DNA of 64,000 nucleotides, from contig JBAYJV010000002.1 in NCBI GenBank assembly GCA_041664925.1, positions 72,302 to 136,301 of the forward strand, in the 5' to 3' direction. The DNA is from Minisyncoccota bacterium (GTDB lineage Bacteria > Patescibacteriota > Minisyncoccia > JBAYJV01). Both the position numbers and the translations under genes were made by a program. Shown piece after piece: positions 46,086 to 56,598 of this stretch (positions are counted from its first letter, which is position 1; each line of letters starts with the position of its first letter). Under the pieces are notes generated by a model. The model saw only the letters and a program-made list of their open reading frames with translations. It ran no database searches and was not told the DNA's origin.

Positions 46086-48746
46086 ATGTTTAATTTTGAA
46101 AACCTAACAACTAAATCTCGTGAAGCATTGATGAGAGCGCAAGAAATTGCCCAAAATTTAGGTCATCCGCAAATCGATTCTCTTCATATGTTGTCATCTT
46201 TGATGGAAGACAAAGAGGGGATTGTTTTAACAATTCTAACTCAACTTGGAATAGATGACAGAAGACTGAAGATTATTATTGGAAACGCCTTAAGGGTTCT
46301 TCCCAGAATGGTTTCTAATATGTCCGTTGGACAACTTTTTATGGGGCAAAATATGATGCGAGTTTTAGAACGTGCCCAAGAAGAAGCCGATCAGATGAAA
46401 GATGATTACGTTAGCGTTGAACATCTTTTTCTTGCTCTTATGAGTGAAGAAGGGATGATTACTGACGCCCTTAGAAGATCGCAGACGCTCGATATGAGTG
46501 ATGAATATAAAGAAATTAGTTATCAAAATGTTTTAAATATTCTAAAAGGAATTCGCGGATCTTCTCGAATCACGGACACAGAGCCAGAGTCGCAATATCA
46601 AGCACTCAAAAGCTATGGTCGTGATTTAACTCAGCTCGCTAAGGAAGAAAAACTTGATCCCATTATCGGCAGAGAAGATGAAATCAGGCGCGTGATGCAA
46701 GTTTTAACGAGACGAAAAAAGAATAATCCTGTTCTTATTGGCGAAGCTGGTGTTGGTAAAACCGCTATTGTAGAAGGATTAGCTCAAAGGATTGTGTCCG
46801 GAGATATTCCTGATAATCTCAAAAATAAAAGAGTTGTTGCTCTTGATTTAGGAGCAATGATTGCGGGAACTAAATTTAGAGGAGAATTTGAAAAACGTCT
46901 CAAGGCGCTTCTTCAGGAAGTCAAAGATGCTTCTGGGGAAGTGATTTTATTTATTGATGAAATGCACACCTTAGTCGGTGCCGGTCAGGCAGAAGGAGCG
47001 ATGGATGCTTCCAATATGCTTAAACCAGCGTTGGCTCGAGGAGAACTTCATGCCATTGGAGCAACTACTATAAAAGAATATCAAAAATATGTAGAAAAAG
47101 ATCCGGCCCTAGAGCGCCGTTTCCAGCAAATTTATGTAAAAGAGCCAAGTGTTGAAGATACGATCGCTATTTTAAGAGGCATAAAAGAAAAATATGAAGT
47201 TCATCATGGTGTCCACATTACCGACAAAGCTCTAGTCTTTGCGACTCAACTTTCTAATCGTTATATTTCTGACAGGTTTTTGCCAGACAAGGCAGTAGAT
47301 CTAATGGATGAGGCCGGTTCCTCTTTGCGTATGGAAATTGACAGTATGCCTGAAGAAATTGATATTTTAAAAAGATCTCTTATAAAACTGGAAATTGAAA
47401 AAAAAGCACTCGAAAAAGAACAAGACGATGACGCGAAAAAAAGACTCAAAAAAATTAAACAAGAAATCAGCGAAATTCAAGAACAAAATAACAAGCTCAT
47501 GGCTAAATGGAAAGCAGAAAAAGAATTAATCAGCAAGATGAATCAGGCAAAAAAAGAGATAGATGATCTAAAAACGAAAGCCGAAATAGCTGAAAGAGCT
47601 TCTAATCTTGAAAGAGTTGCTGAGATTAAATATAGCCAGATTCCTCAAAAAGAAAAAGAGCTTAAAAAGACAGAGGTTGAACTAAAGCGTACCCAAAAAG
47701 GCAATTCTATTTTAAATCGAGAAATAGGAGAGGAAGAAATCGCTAAAGTTGTTTCTCGTTGGACAGGAATTCCTGTTCAGAAAATGCTACAAAACGAAAA
47801 AGAAAAACTTTTAAATATGGAAGATGTTATTTCCGGACGAATTGTAAACCAAAAAAGAGCAATTAAGGCCGTATCGGATGCCATCAGAAGATCAAGAGCT
47901 GATGTTACTTCTCTAAATCGGCCAATTGGAACATTTATTTTCGTTGGACCAACAGGAGTAGGAAAAACTGAATTAGTGAAGGCTTTAGCAGACTTCATGT
48001 TTAATGATGAACACGCTATGGTTAGAATAGACATGTCAGAATACATGGAAAGACACTCAACAGCTCGTCTTATTGGTGCGCCTCCGGGATACGTTGGTTA
48101 TGATGAGGGCGGTCAATTAACAGATAAAATTCGCCGCCGCCCATATTCAGTAGTACTTTTTGATGAAATAGAAAAGGCTCATCCAGAAACATTCAATCTT
48201 TTTCTGCAAATTTTGGACGAAGGGCGCTTAACTGATGCAAAAGGACGTACTGTTAATTTTAACAACACAATTATTATCATGACATCGAATATTGGCAACG
48301 ATGTCATCAGAGACTACGCTCCTATTGGATTTGATAGCGGCAAAAAAGAAGAAAAAGCATCTGAAGATTACGAGGTGATGAAAACCAAAGTTTTGGAAGA
48401 AATTCGCAAGAAATTTAAACCAGAATTTTTAAATAGAATTGATGAAATTATTGTGTTTGAATATCTAAGAAAACAAGAACTTGAAAAAATTGTTGATCTT
48501 GAAATAAAGAAAACCACGAAACAATTATCAACCAAAGGAATTAAGCTTGAAATTACTAAAGACGCCAAACAATTTTTAGCCAATGAAGGTTTTGATCCAG
48601 ATTATGGCGCCAGACCCCTTAAAAGAGCAATTCAGACACATATTCTCAATAAAATTGCTGAACTGATTATTGCTGAAAATATCAAAAAAGGAGAAATAAT
48701 AAAAGTCGGAATTAAAGACAAGAAAATTGAAATTACAAAGACATAA
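46086..48746 (+). CDS. clpB: Chaperone ClpB
   Basis: Two AAA+ modules ([16 protein letters not shown]) with a coiled-coil middle domain. Confidence 0.96.
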   Translation: MFNFENLTTKSREALMRAQEIAQNLGHPQIDSLHMLSSLMEDKEGIVLTILTQLGIDDRRLKIIIGNALRVLPRMVSNMSVGQLFMGQNMMRVLERAQEEADQMKDDYVSVEHLFLALMSEEGMITDALRRSQTLDMSDEYKEISYQNVLNILKGIRGSSRITDTEPESQYQALKSYGRDLTQLAKEEKLDPIIGREDEIRRVMQVLTRRKKNNPVLIGEAGVGKTAIVEGLAQRIVSGDIPDNLKNKRVVALDLGAMIAGTKFRGEFEKRLKALLQEVKDASGEVILFIDEMHTLVGAGQAEGAMDASNMLKPALARGELHAIGATTIKEYQKYVEKDPALERRFQQIYVKEPSVEDTIAILRGIKEKYEVHHGVHITDKALVFATQLSNRYISDRFLPDKAVDLMDEAGSSLRMEIDSMPEEIDILKRSLIKLEIEKKALEKEQDDDAKKRLKKIKQEISEIQEQNNKLMAKWKAEKELISKMNQAKKEIDDLKTKAEIAERASNLERVAEIKYSQIPQKEKELKKTEVELKRTQKGNSILNREIGEEEIAKVVSRWTGIPVQKMLQNEKEKLLNMEDVISGRIVNQKRAIKAVSDAIRRSRADVTSLNRPIGTFIFVGPTGVGKTELVKALADFMFNDEHAMVRIDMSEYMERHSTARLIGAPPGYVGYDEGGQLTDKIRRRPYSVVLFDEIEKAHPETFNLFLQILDEGRLTDAKGRTVNFNNTIIIMTSNIGNDVIRDYAPIGFDSGKKEEKASEDYEVMKTKVLEEIRKKFKPEFLNRIDEIIVFEYLRKQELEKIVDLEIKKTTKQLSTKGIKLEITKDAKQFLANEGFDPDYGARPLKRAIQTHILNKIAELIIAENIKKGEIIKVGIKDKKIEITKT

Positions 48747-48841
48747 TTGTTTAGAATTTTTAATTTAGAAAATTATAATTTGTTTCGAATTTCCCTGCCT
48801 GACGGCAGTCAGGGATATTCGAATTTCGGATTTGACCATCT

Positions 48842-49711
48842 ATGCAAAAAATTCTCATTCTTGGAGCAAAAGGAATGTTGGGACAAGCATTAGTAATAGA
48901 ATTTTCTGATAACAAAAATTATAATTTAATTGCTTGGGATCGAGAAAATTTAGATATTACAGATAGTGAAAAAGTTATAAAATCCATAACAGATATTAAG
49001 CCAGAAGTTATTATTAATGCGGCTGCCTATACTGACGTAGATGGTGCTGAAACCAATAAAGAATTATTGCTGAAAGTCAACACTCAAGCTGTCGGTTATT
49101 TGACAAAAGCGTCACGAATTGTGAACGCTCTTTTTATACACATTAGTACGGATTATATTTTTGATGGTAAAAATAAAAAAGGATACAAAGAAACAGATTT
49201 TTCTAAAAAATCACTAAATACTTACGGAGAATCAAAAAGACTTGGCGAAGAAGCTTTGATAAGAGAAGCTGGAGATAAATTAAAATATTATCTTATTCGT
49301 ACCTCATGGCTTTTTGGGTTAGGAGGAAAAAATTTCGTAAAAACAATGATAAATACTGCTTATCAAAGAAAAGATTTATCTATTGTTGATGACCAGCAAG
49401 GAAAACCAACCTACGCCAAAGATCTTGCTAATACCATAAAATATATGATAGAATCAGATATTGAATCAGGAATATATCATTTTACTAATGAACCGAAATT
49501 GACATGGTATAAATTCGCAAAAATCATCTTTGATACTAAAAAAGAAATTGATTCAAGTTTCCCGGTGCCGAAAGTTTTTCCTATAAGCTCAGAAGAATTT
49601 TCGAGACCGGCAAAACGACCAAAATATTCAGTTCTTTTAAATAAGAAGCTTCCAAAAGGAAGAAATATAAAAATGGCATTGAAAGATTATTTAAGAAATA
49701 CAGATTGTTAA
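48842..49711 (+). CDS. rfbD: dTDP-4-dehydrorhamnose reductase
   Basis: GAKGMLG, NAAAYTDVD, STDYIFDG, YGESK, DQQGKPT. Confidence 0.93.
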   Translation: MQKILILGAKGMLGQALVIEFSDNKNYNLIAWDRENLDITDSEKVIKSITDIKPEVIINAAAYTDVDGAETNKELLLKVNTQAVGYLTKASRIVNALFIHISTDYIFDGKNKKGYKETDFSKKSLNTYGESKRLGEEALIREAGDKLKYYLIRTSWLFGLGGKNFVKTMINTAYQRKDLSIVDDQQGKPTYAKDLANTIKYMIESDIESGIYHFTNEPKLTWYKFAKIIFDTKKEIDSSFPVPKVFPISSEEFSRPAKRPKYSVLLNKKLPKGRNIKMALKDYLRNTDC

Positions 49712-49737
49712 TATTGCCACAAGTAAAAGGGGGACAA

Positions 49738-49956
49738 GTGAAGGGTTGTGCAAAGATAGTTAAAACAGAAGGTGGTCGATACAAAATAGTTACTAAAAAA
49801 GGTCGAGTTCCTAGAAATTTTGAGAAAGATTCAATAGGAGGAGTAGTAAAAATAAGATCGCGCGAAGATGAACTTTCTTTAAAGCTTAAAGCAGCTACCC
49901 AGCAACATGCTATGCGCTTACATATTCCGTTAATGCAGATCGATGGAATATTGTAA
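49738..49956 (+). CDS. Small basic ORFan
   Basis: AAAGGGGG plus GTG 49738; terminator 49962-49988. Confidence 0.45.
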   Translation: MKGCAKIVKTEGGRYKIVTKKGRVPRNFEKDSIGGVVKIRSREDELSLKLKAATQQHAMRLHIPLMQIDGIL

Positions 49957-49981
49957 GTGGTGGGAGAAAAGCACTTCTCCC

Positions 49982-50063
49982 TTTTTTTATTGATTGCGTT
50001 TTTGAGCTAAGCGAAGATTACGCAATCAATAACCCTGAAGTCAATTCATTGTACTTCAGGGTT
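49982..50063 (+). repeat. About 80-bp double-hairpin element, copy 2
   Basis: attgattgcgt/acgcaatcaat and aaccctgaagt/acttcagggtt. Confidence 0.85.
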
Positions 50064-50286
50064 GGCTACAAGCGTTTTGGCATAAATAGCTTTACGCGAA
50101 GGCGGATATCTATTATTGCATGACTTCTTAAAAGTATGATAAAATTGTGACATAATACATTATTTAAGATTTTACTGTCATTCTGATTTGTTTCTGGATT
50201 CTGCCCGCCTACCGGACACGCAGGAAAGCAGGAATCCAAAGGTTTTACTTTTGTAAATGGTTTAGAATGATATTAAAAACAATCAA

Positions 50287-51564
50287 ATGAAAAAAATAGT
50301 TTTTATTTTGAGTTTTATTGGATTCTTTTTATCGGCGATTGTTGTTTTTGCGGAAATGCCTCCGCCTCCGCCAAATGATGACAATGTTGTTGATACTCCA
50401 TCTTCTACCGCAACCCTAATGCGTGCTACTAACCAATCAAAGGTTTATGAAATAAAGAATGGCAAACGCCATTGGATTCCAACGGCTGGAGTTTTTAATG
50501 ATTACGGTTTTAAATGGAGCGAAATTCAGATAGTTTCCGAGAGCACGCTTAATGCTTATCCCCGAGCAAAGACATTGAGAGCTATTGGTAGTCAGACAGT
50601 TTATTATTTAACTGAATCAGGCATGACCCGTGGAATGCCTTCGTCAGAAGTTTTTCTCTCTTATGGCAATAAATGGGAAGATGTTTTTGAAATCTCTGCA
50701 AAAGAACTTAATGCGTATGAGCATAATAATTTAATCCGTGCCGAAGGCGATTTTAAGGTGTATTTAATAGAAGGTGGCAAAAAACGCTGGATAGAATCTG
50801 TTAAGGATTTTAATGATAGAAAACTTAATTGGTCAAAAATCGCGCCAGTCAATCAAACAGAACTTAATTCATATCCTAATACAAATACGAATAATGCGAA
50901 TACAAATACAACAGTATCGATCTTAGATTGTCAACAAGACCTTCAGTGCTTGATTCAAGCTTCAATAAATTGTAGACCTGCAAAAGTTATTTATACCACA
51001 ACGACTGATGTTTTTGGAATAAAACATACAAATACTTCATTTTTTGAAATTAAAGGCAGTGAAACTGATAAATGTAATTTTTATTTACGAACAGAAAAAA
51101 TAGATTTAACATTTCCGGCAAGCGTCTCTCAGGAAATTGTTAATCAGCAAAAAATACTATATCAAAAACTTGAAGGCCAAGATGGAACTTGCAAATTTAA
51201 AGCAAGTGATTTAACTGACGTGCTAACAAGATGGAGCAAGGGAACTTTTTCAACTGGTAATGTCCATTGCACATTAGGAGCTACTGGTAATGTATGTACA
51301 ACCGAAGGTGGTGATTTTGGCGTTGCAGAATGTCAGGGAACGTATTTTTCTTCATCTATAACAGAAAATTCTCAGACTCAAGCAACAAATTACGCAACAA
51401 CAATGCTGGCAATAATCCCATTAGGAACTTCAACAAATTCAACGGTTGACATGGGCAATTTCTACACACTTCGTACTGCTTATTTATTAAATGCCCAAGA
51501 TAGTAATCGAAATTTTGTGACCGAATTTTATCCTTCCACAAAATTGATACTAAAATACACATAA
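50287..51564 (+). CDS. Secreted protein with three ~48-aa CPR-type repeats and a Cys-rich domain; degenerate tail
   Basis: Signal peptide; LxRAxxxxxVYxIxxGxKRWI repeats. Confidence 0.75.
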   Translation: MKKIVFILSFIGFFLSAIVVFAEMPPPPPNDDNVVDTPSSTATLMRATNQSKVYEIKNGKRHWIPTAGVFNDYGFKWSEIQIVSESTLNAYPRAKTLRAIGSQTVYYLTESGMTRGMPSSEVFLSYGNKWEDVFEISAKELNAYEHNNLIRAEGDFKVYLIEGGKKRWIESVKDFNDRKLNWSKIAPVNQTELNSYPNTNTNNANTNTTVSILDCQQDLQCLIQASINCRPAKVIYTTTTDVFGIKHTNTSFFEIKGSETDKCNFYLRTEKIDLTFPASVSQEIVNQQKILYQKLEGQDGTCKFKASDLTDVLTRWSKGTFSTGNVHCTLGATGNVCTTEGGDFGVAECQGTYFSSSITENSQTQATNYATTMLAIIPLGTSTNSTVDMGNFYTLRTAYLLNAQDSNRNFVTEFYPSTKLILKYT

Positions 51565-51905
51565 AACGAAGTAAGTCAAAGTAATCTTAATTACTCAAAA
51601 AGAGCTAACTTTAAAATATGTATATGGGTATTTCATGATAGCCAAAATAAAGGATGGGAAGAAATGGGCGGATTTAGTAATACCAATGATGATTCCGTCC
51701 AGTTATACGCAACCAAATCCGGTACTTATGTAGTCTGCCAAAACAAGACTCAGTAAATCAAAGATAAATATAAATATCTAGTTTTTAATTATTGGATAAT
51801 GTCTAGTGTGAATTTTTTAGATAATTGGTCATTTGGATTTGATTTGAAATTAGATATTGGAAATTAGAAATTATTTCTCGTAGCTTGTAATAATCATCTA
51901 GTCAG

Positions 51906-52907
51906 ATGTTAATAAAAAAACTCTTTTTTCTGCTTTTCGTTATTACTATTGTAGTTGCAAGTTATTTTTTTTACTTTCAAAAAAACGGATGGGGGATTAA
52001 GAATATTATTGACGGTCAAAAAGAACCAATAAAAATGAGCGATGAAAACAAGACGATTAATATGGTTTTTGTCGGCGACATTATGCTTTCTCGTGCTGTC
52101 GGAGATAAAATGGCAAAAGAAAATAATTGGTCATGGCCATTCTTAAAGATGGATAAATGGCTTGCTGATGCAGATTTAACTTTTGGAAATCTTGAAGGAC
52201 CAATTTCTGATAAGGGTATGAATGTTGGCTCAATTTATTCATTCAGAGCCGATCCCAGAGCCACAGAAGGCCTCAAATTAGCAGGATTTGATGTTTTATC
52301 AATCGCGAATAATCATATGGGTGATTGGTCAACTCCTGCGTTTGAAGATACGCTCAATCGTCTAACTGAAGCAGGTATAGATTATGTTGGTGGTGGTTTC
52401 AATCAGACAGAAGCCTATAGTCCATTAAAAAAGACTATTAAAGACACACTATTCTGTTTTTTTGCCTATACCGATTTAGGTCCTAGGTCATTTGAAGCAG
52501 GCGATGATAAATCCGGTATGGCATTTCTAGATATTGAATCCGCTCAAAATGATATTGAAAAAAATAAGAATTCATGTGATTTAATTATTGTTTCAATCCA
52601 CTTTGGAGAAGAATACAAAGAAAAAGCCGACTCTCGTCAAAAAACAATCACCAAAGCACTCGTTGATTCTGGAGCAAATCTGATCGTTGGACATCATTCC
52701 CACATTATTAGCGAAGTTGAAACGATAGATAATACCCAGGTCTTTTATAGTTTAGGAAATTTTATTTTTGATCAATTATTTTCAGACAAAACAAGAGAAG
52801 GAATGGTTCTTGTTGCTGAAATAAAGGATAAAAAAATTATAAATTTGATTCCTCATCTAACTCGTATTAATAATGATTTTCAGCCCGAACCGGTAATTAG
52901 CGAATAA
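51906..52907 (+). CDS. CapA/PGA_cap family metallophosphoesterase
   Basis: VGDIML, GNLE, ANNHMGD, HFGEE, GHHSH, YSLGNFIFDQ. Confidence 0.92.
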   Translation: MLIKKLFFLLFVITIVVASYFFYFQKNGWGIKNIIDGQKEPIKMSDENKTINMVFVGDIMLSRAVGDKMAKENNWSWPFLKMDKWLADADLTFGNLEGPISDKGMNVGSIYSFRADPRATEGLKLAGFDVLSIANNHMGDWSTPAFEDTLNRLTEAGIDYVGGGFNQTEAYSPLKKTIKDTLFCFFAYTDLGPRSFEAGDDKSGMAFLDIESAQNDIEKNKNSCDLIIVSIHFGEEYKEKADSRQKTITKALVDSGANLIVGHHSHIISEVETIDNTQVFYSLGNFIFDQLFSDKTREGMVLVAEIKDKKIINLIPHLTRINNDFQPEPVISE

Positions 52908-52985
52908 GTTATCAACAGGACTCATTTTTTGCTTTATGGTAAAATCAGGGAAAGGAAGTTTTTAAAGTCGTTTTTATTAATAACT

Positions 52986-53180
52986 ATGAAAAGTTTCAAA
53001 GTTATAGTAAAAAAGCAATCTAGGGAGGAACAAAAAGCTAGTATTTTCTTTTGGTTTGTTTTTGTGGCAGCCACAATCATTGTTGCGGTTGTCATGTTTT
53101 TATACTACCAAAACACGGTTAGGGTTATAGACGCACAAGCTAGCTCAGGAGAAATTATTAATCATAACGTCCTTAGATAA
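52986..53180 (+). CDS. Small single-TM protein
   Basis: Basic N-terminus followed by one TM. Confidence 0.5.
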   Translation: MKSFKVIVKKQSREEQKASIFFWFVFVAATIIVAVVMFLYYQNTVRVIDAQASSGEIINHNVLR

Positions 53181-53272
53181 ACTTTTAAAAAAACTCGAAG
53201 ATATTATTTTTCGGGTTTTTTGTTTATTAAAAAACCTCCGCTTATATACGGAGGCTATTGCTTATTTCTCTA

Positions 53273-53902
53273 TTAAAGATTCAGAATATCTCTCATTTGA
53301 TTTATGATTAAACGAGACCAATTTTCTATCACGACATCAGAAGATTGCATAAGTTGATCCAACTCTTCTAGGCTATAATATGATCCGCTTTCAACCTCAG
53401 GATCTTTGGGTTGGACTCTAGTTGCTTGCGTTTTTACCAAATAAACGACACCAAAATGAACCTTTCCAACATCATCAGAATCATCATTGATGAATCCAAT
53501 TGGCACGATTTCAGAAGAACCTTCTATAATAACTTCTTCTCCCAACTCTCTAGTGGCGCCTAATCTAATAGGGTTTCCTTCTTGAGTATCTTGTTGTTCT
53601 AGGTGTCCTCCAACTCCACAAGAAAGTTTTCCTTGCAATCTTTTTTCAGGATAACGATCATCGCGATTTGAGCGTCTGAAAACAAAAACTTTTCTGGTTA
53701 CTGGATTAACAATAACTATATATGCTATTGGTTGTTTAAATTTAGGATTTGATTCTGCCTCATCCCTAGCCATAAAAAGATGGTTTTTGAGAATAACATC
53801 CTCAAAATCGCCAGAAAATCTTTTTTGAACAAAACCATGGAAACATCCAGATTGAAAAAGAACTTCACGAGACACAACCATAATCACTTTTTTTGAAGGC
53901 AT
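53273..53902 (-). CDS. NUDIX-family hydrolase (YmaB-like)
   Basis: KQPIAY, SCGVGGH, RELGEEV, DDVGKVHFG; AAGGGAGG before ATG 53902. Confidence 0.85.
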   Translation of the reverse strand: MPSKKVIMVVSREVLFQSGCFHGFVQKRFSGDFEDVILKNHLFMARDEAESNPKFKQPIAYIVIVNPVTRKVFVFRRSNRDDRYPEKRLQGKLSCGVGGHLEQQDTQEGNPIRLGATRELGEEVIIEGSSEIVPIGFINDDSDDVGKVHFGVVYLVKTQATRVQPKDPEVESGSYYSLEELDQLMQSSDVVIENWSRLIINQMRDILNL

Positions 53903-53977
53903 ATTTCCTCCCTTACGTAATTCCAATGTATCACATATAAATAAAACTTCAATATTGAATATTAAGATGAGAAACAG

Positions 53978-54035
53978 TTGACATAATCTTGGTTGTGTAA
54001 TAGAATAATCTTAGTTCTTCAGTTGACCAAGGAGG
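53978..54035 (+). promoter_or_regulatory. Cassette promoter, boxA-like element and SD
   Basis: TTGACA-17-TAGAAT-6-AGTTCTT ... AAGGAGG. Confidence 0.8.
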
Positions 54036-54039
54036 AAAG

Positions 54040-54549
54040 ATGAAAAGAACAATGGTTTTGTGGATTAGCGAAGGTGTGTATCATGAAGACTTAAGACTTG
54101 CTATACCACTTATTACTAATGTTGGTTTTGCTACTGACAGAGCTGAGAGTATAAAGGAAGCAATTCATGATCTTGAATTTAGCGAGCGTCCCGATGTAAT
54201 CGTGATTGGGCGTGTCGTTCTCTCAACGGAAAGATATCCGGAAAGAAAAAGAAAAAAGGATCGGACGGTTTGGGAAAAAGCTAATGAAAAAGGTAACCCT
54301 TTACGCATAGAGCTTGTTAAGTGGTTACTTGGCACTCCTGATGCTCTTGAGCAGATCGGAGAAGCTAAGAAATTTGATCCCAAACAAATTTTAGTTTATG
54401 GTTCTTTGAGAGACGATGAAGAAAAGATTTTAAGAAACATGGGAATTGAAAACGTCGTTATAATTGAAAGTAATGATTCTCTAGTTATTCTTAATGCTTT
54501 AAGAAAAATGGTCGCATCAAATCAAGAACAACCCTTGCCCGCAGAATAG
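54040..54549 (+). CDS. Degenerate receiver-domain-like ORFan
   Basis: AESIKEAI...ERPDVIVIG resembles a REC alpha2-beta3 segment without the phospho-Asp. Confidence 0.5.
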   Translation: MKRTMVLWISEGVYHEDLRLAIPLITNVGFATDRAESIKEAIHDLEFSERPDVIVIGRVVLSTERYPERKRKKDRTVWEKANEKGNPLRIELVKWLLGTPDALEQIGEAKKFDPKQILVYGSLRDDEEKILRNMGIENVVIIESNDSLVILNALRKMVASNQEQPLPAE

Positions 54550-54571
54550 CTGCGGGTTTTTCTTTTTAGCA

Positions 54572-54632
54572 TTGACATAATGTCGCTTATGCAATAGGAT
54601 AATCTTAGTTCTTCACAATCAGCCTAAGGAGG
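54572..54632 (+). promoter_or_regulatory. Cassette promoter, boxA-like element and SD
   Basis: TTGACA-17-TAGGAT-6-AGTTCTT ... AAGGAGG. Confidence 0.8.
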
Positions 54633-54636
54633 CAAA

Positions 54637-55392
54637 ATGTTTCGTGAGGTGGCAAAACAGACGCTGGGAGTAATCGTCGGGGGAGTAATTGGCGGATTAA
54701 TTGCTTTCCTTATCGGAGGATCATTCTGGTGGATTGGCGTTCTTTCTGGAGGATTCATCGGCTATCTGGCCGGAGAACCAAAAGAACTTCTTCAGGGACT
54801 TAGAGCGGCAAGAAGATGCTTTGTGCACTTGAAGCCAATTGATCGACCGGGATATCGGTTTTTGCTCGGTATTCTTTCTAGTTCTTGGGTACTTGTTTGC
54901 GGAATTATCCTTTCAATCCATTTCTCCTCAACGATTTATCATTTTGGAGTAAATATTGCAATCATCACCATTGGAATACTTATGGGGATGGCCTATATTC
55001 TTCCGGCTTTATACATGAAAAATCTTGAAAAAGACTATCTTCCGCTGGTTTGCAAAGATATGGTTAAATTAGATTGGCTAAGCGCATTAATTCATTTTCC
55101 AATTTTCCTTCTGTTTAGTATATGTCTAATTTTTCAAGGTACTTGGAATGACTTCTTATTCCCATGCCTTAAAGCTTCTTGGCGTTTTTTCCGCTACATC
55201 CACTCCCGAAAGAGGGCGATTCGTCTCATTGACTCAATGATAGTCGCTTTCATCGCTTGGAGATTTGGTGGAAATATCCCTGAAATTGCGACTATCGGAA
55301 TTGTCGGTGGACTTGTGGTAGCGCCGATTCACTACTATCTTGTCTCAATCAAACTTCTTGGACTTGTGCCGAATGGCGGAACAAGTCATTAA
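54637..55392 (+). CDS. Multi-TM ORFan (cassette gene)
   Basis: Gly-rich hydrophobic segments; terminator GGGCGTAAT/ATTACGCCC at 55399-55427. Confidence 0.7.
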   Translation: MFREVAKQTLGVIVGGVIGGLIAFLIGGSFWWIGVLSGGFIGYLAGEPKELLQGLRAARRCFVHLKPIDRPGYRFLLGILSSSWVLVCGIILSIHFSSTIYHFGVNIAIITIGILMGMAYILPALYMKNLEKDYLPLVCKDMVKLDWLSALIHFPIFLLFSICLIFQGTWNDFLFPCLKASWRFFRYIHSRKRAIRLIDSMIVAFIAWRFGGNIPEIATIGIVGGLVVAPIHYYLVSIKLLGLVPNGGTSH

Positions 55393-55518
55393 CAGCAAGG
55401 GCGTAATAGTAAATTACGCCCATTTTTAATTTGTCATTCTCATTCTGAATTCAATATTCTAAATTCTAGTATGAACCCGATTTGCGATTAGTAAATTTTT
55501 GCGTTAAGATAAAGAGTC

Positions 55519-56598
55519 ATGAAGAAAAATATTTTAAAATTTTTTGATTTTATAAAAAAGCTTGGCAAGAAACCAAAGTGGCTTGAAAAGTTTAGCCCTA
55601 TTATTGGCATTGATTTAGGTACAGTTAATAGCTTGGTCTATGTTTCGGGCAAGGGAATTGTTATTAATGAACCATCGGTCATTGCCATTAATAAAAAAAC
55701 TGGAAAAATTTTGGCTGTTGGAAAAGATGCAAAACAAATGTTAGGAAAAACACCACCGCACATTTCGGCTGTTGAACCATTGGTTGATGGCGTGATTTCA
55801 GATTTTGAGGCAACCGAGCAGATGATCAAATATTTTATTAATTTAGTAAATGATCAAGTTTTCCGTTTTCTTTCTCGCCCTAGAGTAGTTGTCGCCATTC
55901 CCATGTCAGCCACTCCAGTTGAACAAAAATCAGCCCAAGATGCTGTTAAAAGCGCTGGCGCAAGCGAAGTTTATCTTGTCTACGAGCCGGTTGCTGCCAC
56001 TATTGGCGCCAGACTTCCCATAAAAAAAGCTTCAGGCCAATTTGTTGTAGATATTGGCGGTGGCACTACTGAAATTGCAGTTATCTCTTTAGGAGGAGTC
56101 ATTGCGCAAAAAAGCATCCGTATTGCCGGAAACAGGCTCAATAAAGACATTATCCAATTTGCCAGGGAAAAATTGAATCTTCTTGTTGGTGAACAGTCTG
56201 CAGAAAAAATAAAAATAAGCCTTGGATCAACCATAAAGCTTGATGAACATCTTGAGGGTTTTTTGAGAGGACGAGACTTAATAGACGGTCTCCCCAGAGA
56301 AGTTCTTGTGAGCGATGATCATATAAGAAAGGCAATAGAACGATCAGTAACAACTATTATCGCAACTATTCGGATGGTTTTAGAGGAAGTTCCGCCTGAG
56401 CTTTTGCCAGACATTATGAAACAGGGGATTGTGCTAACGGGAGGAGGAGCGCTTCTCCGCGGATTAGATAAATCTATTGGGGAAGCAACTCAAGTCAATG
56501 TAAAAATAGCTGAAGACCCCTTAACGGCAGTAGTTCGTGGAGCCGGTCTTATTTTAGAAAACTTTGATCAGTACAAAGATCTTTTAATTGAACCTTGA
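55519..56598 (+). CDS. mreB: Rod shape-determining protein MreB
   Basis: GIDLGT, DIGGGTTE, LTGGGALL. Confidence 0.95.
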   Translation: MKKNILKFFDFIKKLGKKPKWLEKFSPIIGIDLGTVNSLVYVSGKGIVINEPSVIAINKKTGKILAVGKDAKQMLGKTPPHISAVEPLVDGVISDFEATEQMIKYFINLVNDQVFRFLSRPRVVVAIPMSATPVEQKSAQDAVKSAGASEVYLVYEPVAATIGARLPIKKASGQFVVDIGGGTTEIAVISLGGVIAQKSIRIAGNRLNKDIIQFAREKLNLLVGEQSAEKIKISLGSTIKLDEHLEGFLRGRDLIDGLPREVLVSDDHIRKAIERSVTTIIATIRMVLEEVPPELLPDIMKQGIVLTGGGALLRGLDKSIGEATQVNVKIAEDPLTAVVRGAGLILENFDQYKDLLIEP

